Shown piece after piece: positions 37,640-38,688 of a DNA stretch of 38,688 nucleotides. This DNA comes from a virus. Its lineage: Duplodnaviria > Heunggongvirae > Uroviricota > Caudoviricetes. How positions within the stretch are numbered: position 1 is the stretch's first letter; every line of letters begins with the position of its first letter. The stretch lies in IMG/VR virus record IMGVR_UViG_2703718837_000002; one strand, written 5' to 3'. The notes beneath the pieces were generated by a model, which worked only from the letters and a program-made list of their open reading frames with translations, did not search any database and was not told where the DNA came from. Both the position numbers and the translations under genes were made by a program.

Positions 37640-38688
37640 TTATCTCCATGCAGCACAGAATACAGGGAAAAGAAATTGAGCATGAACGGCACTAGTATCA
37701 GTTGATGGTCCCTGATACTTATCTGGTTTCACACTCGTTCCATTAGGCCAATTGAAGTTTCTATATGCCTCTATAGCATAATTGTAGACGATATTTCTGC
37801 CGTTATAAGCTGTCCCAAGCAAACCATCAACTAACTGTCCTCCATATTTACCAGCATTCGTACCCACTCCATGTTTATCCTTTTTACATTGCACCCTTGA
37901 GAGGCCCACTGCAAAATTTGCAGTACCCCCTGTTGTATTATCATCACTATGCCACCAAATATCTGAACAGCCACCTCCTGATGCAGAGTTCCATACTCGA
38001 TTAACAACCCAGTTAGTACTTGAAGTCTTCTCAGTTAACCAGCCAGTTGAATCAATAGAAAAAATACGTCCACTCCCCCCATCATAACGTGATGACGACG
38101 GGTTTGGACCAGCAGAGTCTGCATGCGCATATATCCAACCAGGGCCTACCCAAGCCGCAGATGTGATTGTTGCTGCGTTTGAAGAAAAAGCATTAGCCCA
38201 TACAGCAGTTCCGAGACTTCTCGCATTACCTTTAGTTCCACTTATCAGGACAATTCCTGTTCCGGAAACACTTCCCATATTGTTTCCTGCTGTCAGGATC
38301 CGCGAATTATAAGATGCGGCGGTAACAGGCGACATCAATCCATCTGCAAGATTCGTTAAACTGACGCCTCGTGCCGCAGCCTGCTTCAGCGCAGAGGTTG
38401 CCCACTGAACGTCCTGCATATTGCCAGCATTACAGCTCATTCCGCTAACCATTGGCGCTGTAAACGTTGTCTCTCCTTTGACATTATTGATGCTGTTTTC
38501 CTTAAATGACGTCAAGCCCCGAGGAGTAGTTACGGTCAGCGTTTTTCCTGTGCTCTGGTTGGTGAATGTAAATGTTTTTGGCCACTCTTTATTGATGCGA
38601 GGCGTAGCAGCCCAGGTTGTGGTGGTACTCCATGTTTTTAAATCGCCACTTACACCATTATCCTTATAGTTCGAAATATTAGAATTAT
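37640..38688 (-). CDS. partial CDS (C-terminal part), Gly/Ser/Thr/Asn/Trp-rich beta-type protein, possibly fibre- or adhesin-like
   Basis: The reading frame is open from the window edge (38688) to the stop at 37640. The listed TTG at 38515 is internal. The composition is typical of receptor-binding or fibre domains. Confidence 0.7.
   Translation of the reverse strand, partial: NSNISNYKDNGVSGDLKTWSTTTTWAATPRINKEWPKTFTFTNQSTGKTLTVTTPRGLTSFKENSINNVKGETTFTAPMVSGMSCNAGNMQDVQWATSALKQAAARGVSLTNLADGLMSPVTAASYNSRILTAGNNMGSVSGTGIVLISGTKGNARSLGTAVWANAFSSNAATITSAAWVGPGWIYAHADSAGPNPSSSRYDGGSGRIFSIDSTGWLTEKTSSTNWVVNRVWNSASGGGCSDIWWHSDDNTTGGTANFAVGLSRVQCKKDKHGVGTNAGKYGGQLVDGLLGTAYNGRNIVYNYAIEAYRNFNWPNGTSVKPDKYQGPSTDTSAVHAQFLFPVFCAAWR

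Overview
This window is a P1-family phage or phage-plasmid segment, recognised from memory of P1 proteins and sites because no database search was possible. It runs opposite to the standard P1 map. In order it carries the darA operon (lydA, lydB, hdf, darA, ddrA, ddrB, iddB), an ssb operon with accessory genes, lyz, pro and prt, darB-ulx-lxc, cra-cre-loxP, immC (coi, c1), pacA/pacB with the pac site, lpa, pdcAB, phd-doc and humD. About 13 C1-operator-like 17-mers (ATTGCTCTAATAAATTT family) were found, along with five late-promoter boxes (AAGTGACTT-like, N4, TANNNT), a LexA box and loxP. The standout feature is three complete immI-type antirepressor modules at positions where P1 has none. Each consists of a C1 operator, a decoy site, a c4-like antisense RNA, a target site overlapping the ribosome-binding site (SD), icd, and ant1/ant2. 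The three modules use three mutually different antisense recognition codes, each kept consistent by coordinated substitutions. One module uses an unrelated RNA scaffold with the same architecture. The P1 ref and EcoP1I res/mod region and IS1 are absent. In their place are a lipoprotein gene, a late-promoter-driven unknown gene and one of the modules. The C1-controlled ssb operon carries a DUF2829 (Tad2-like) fusion protein and two unknown genes. The right end, beyond humD, diverges from P1.
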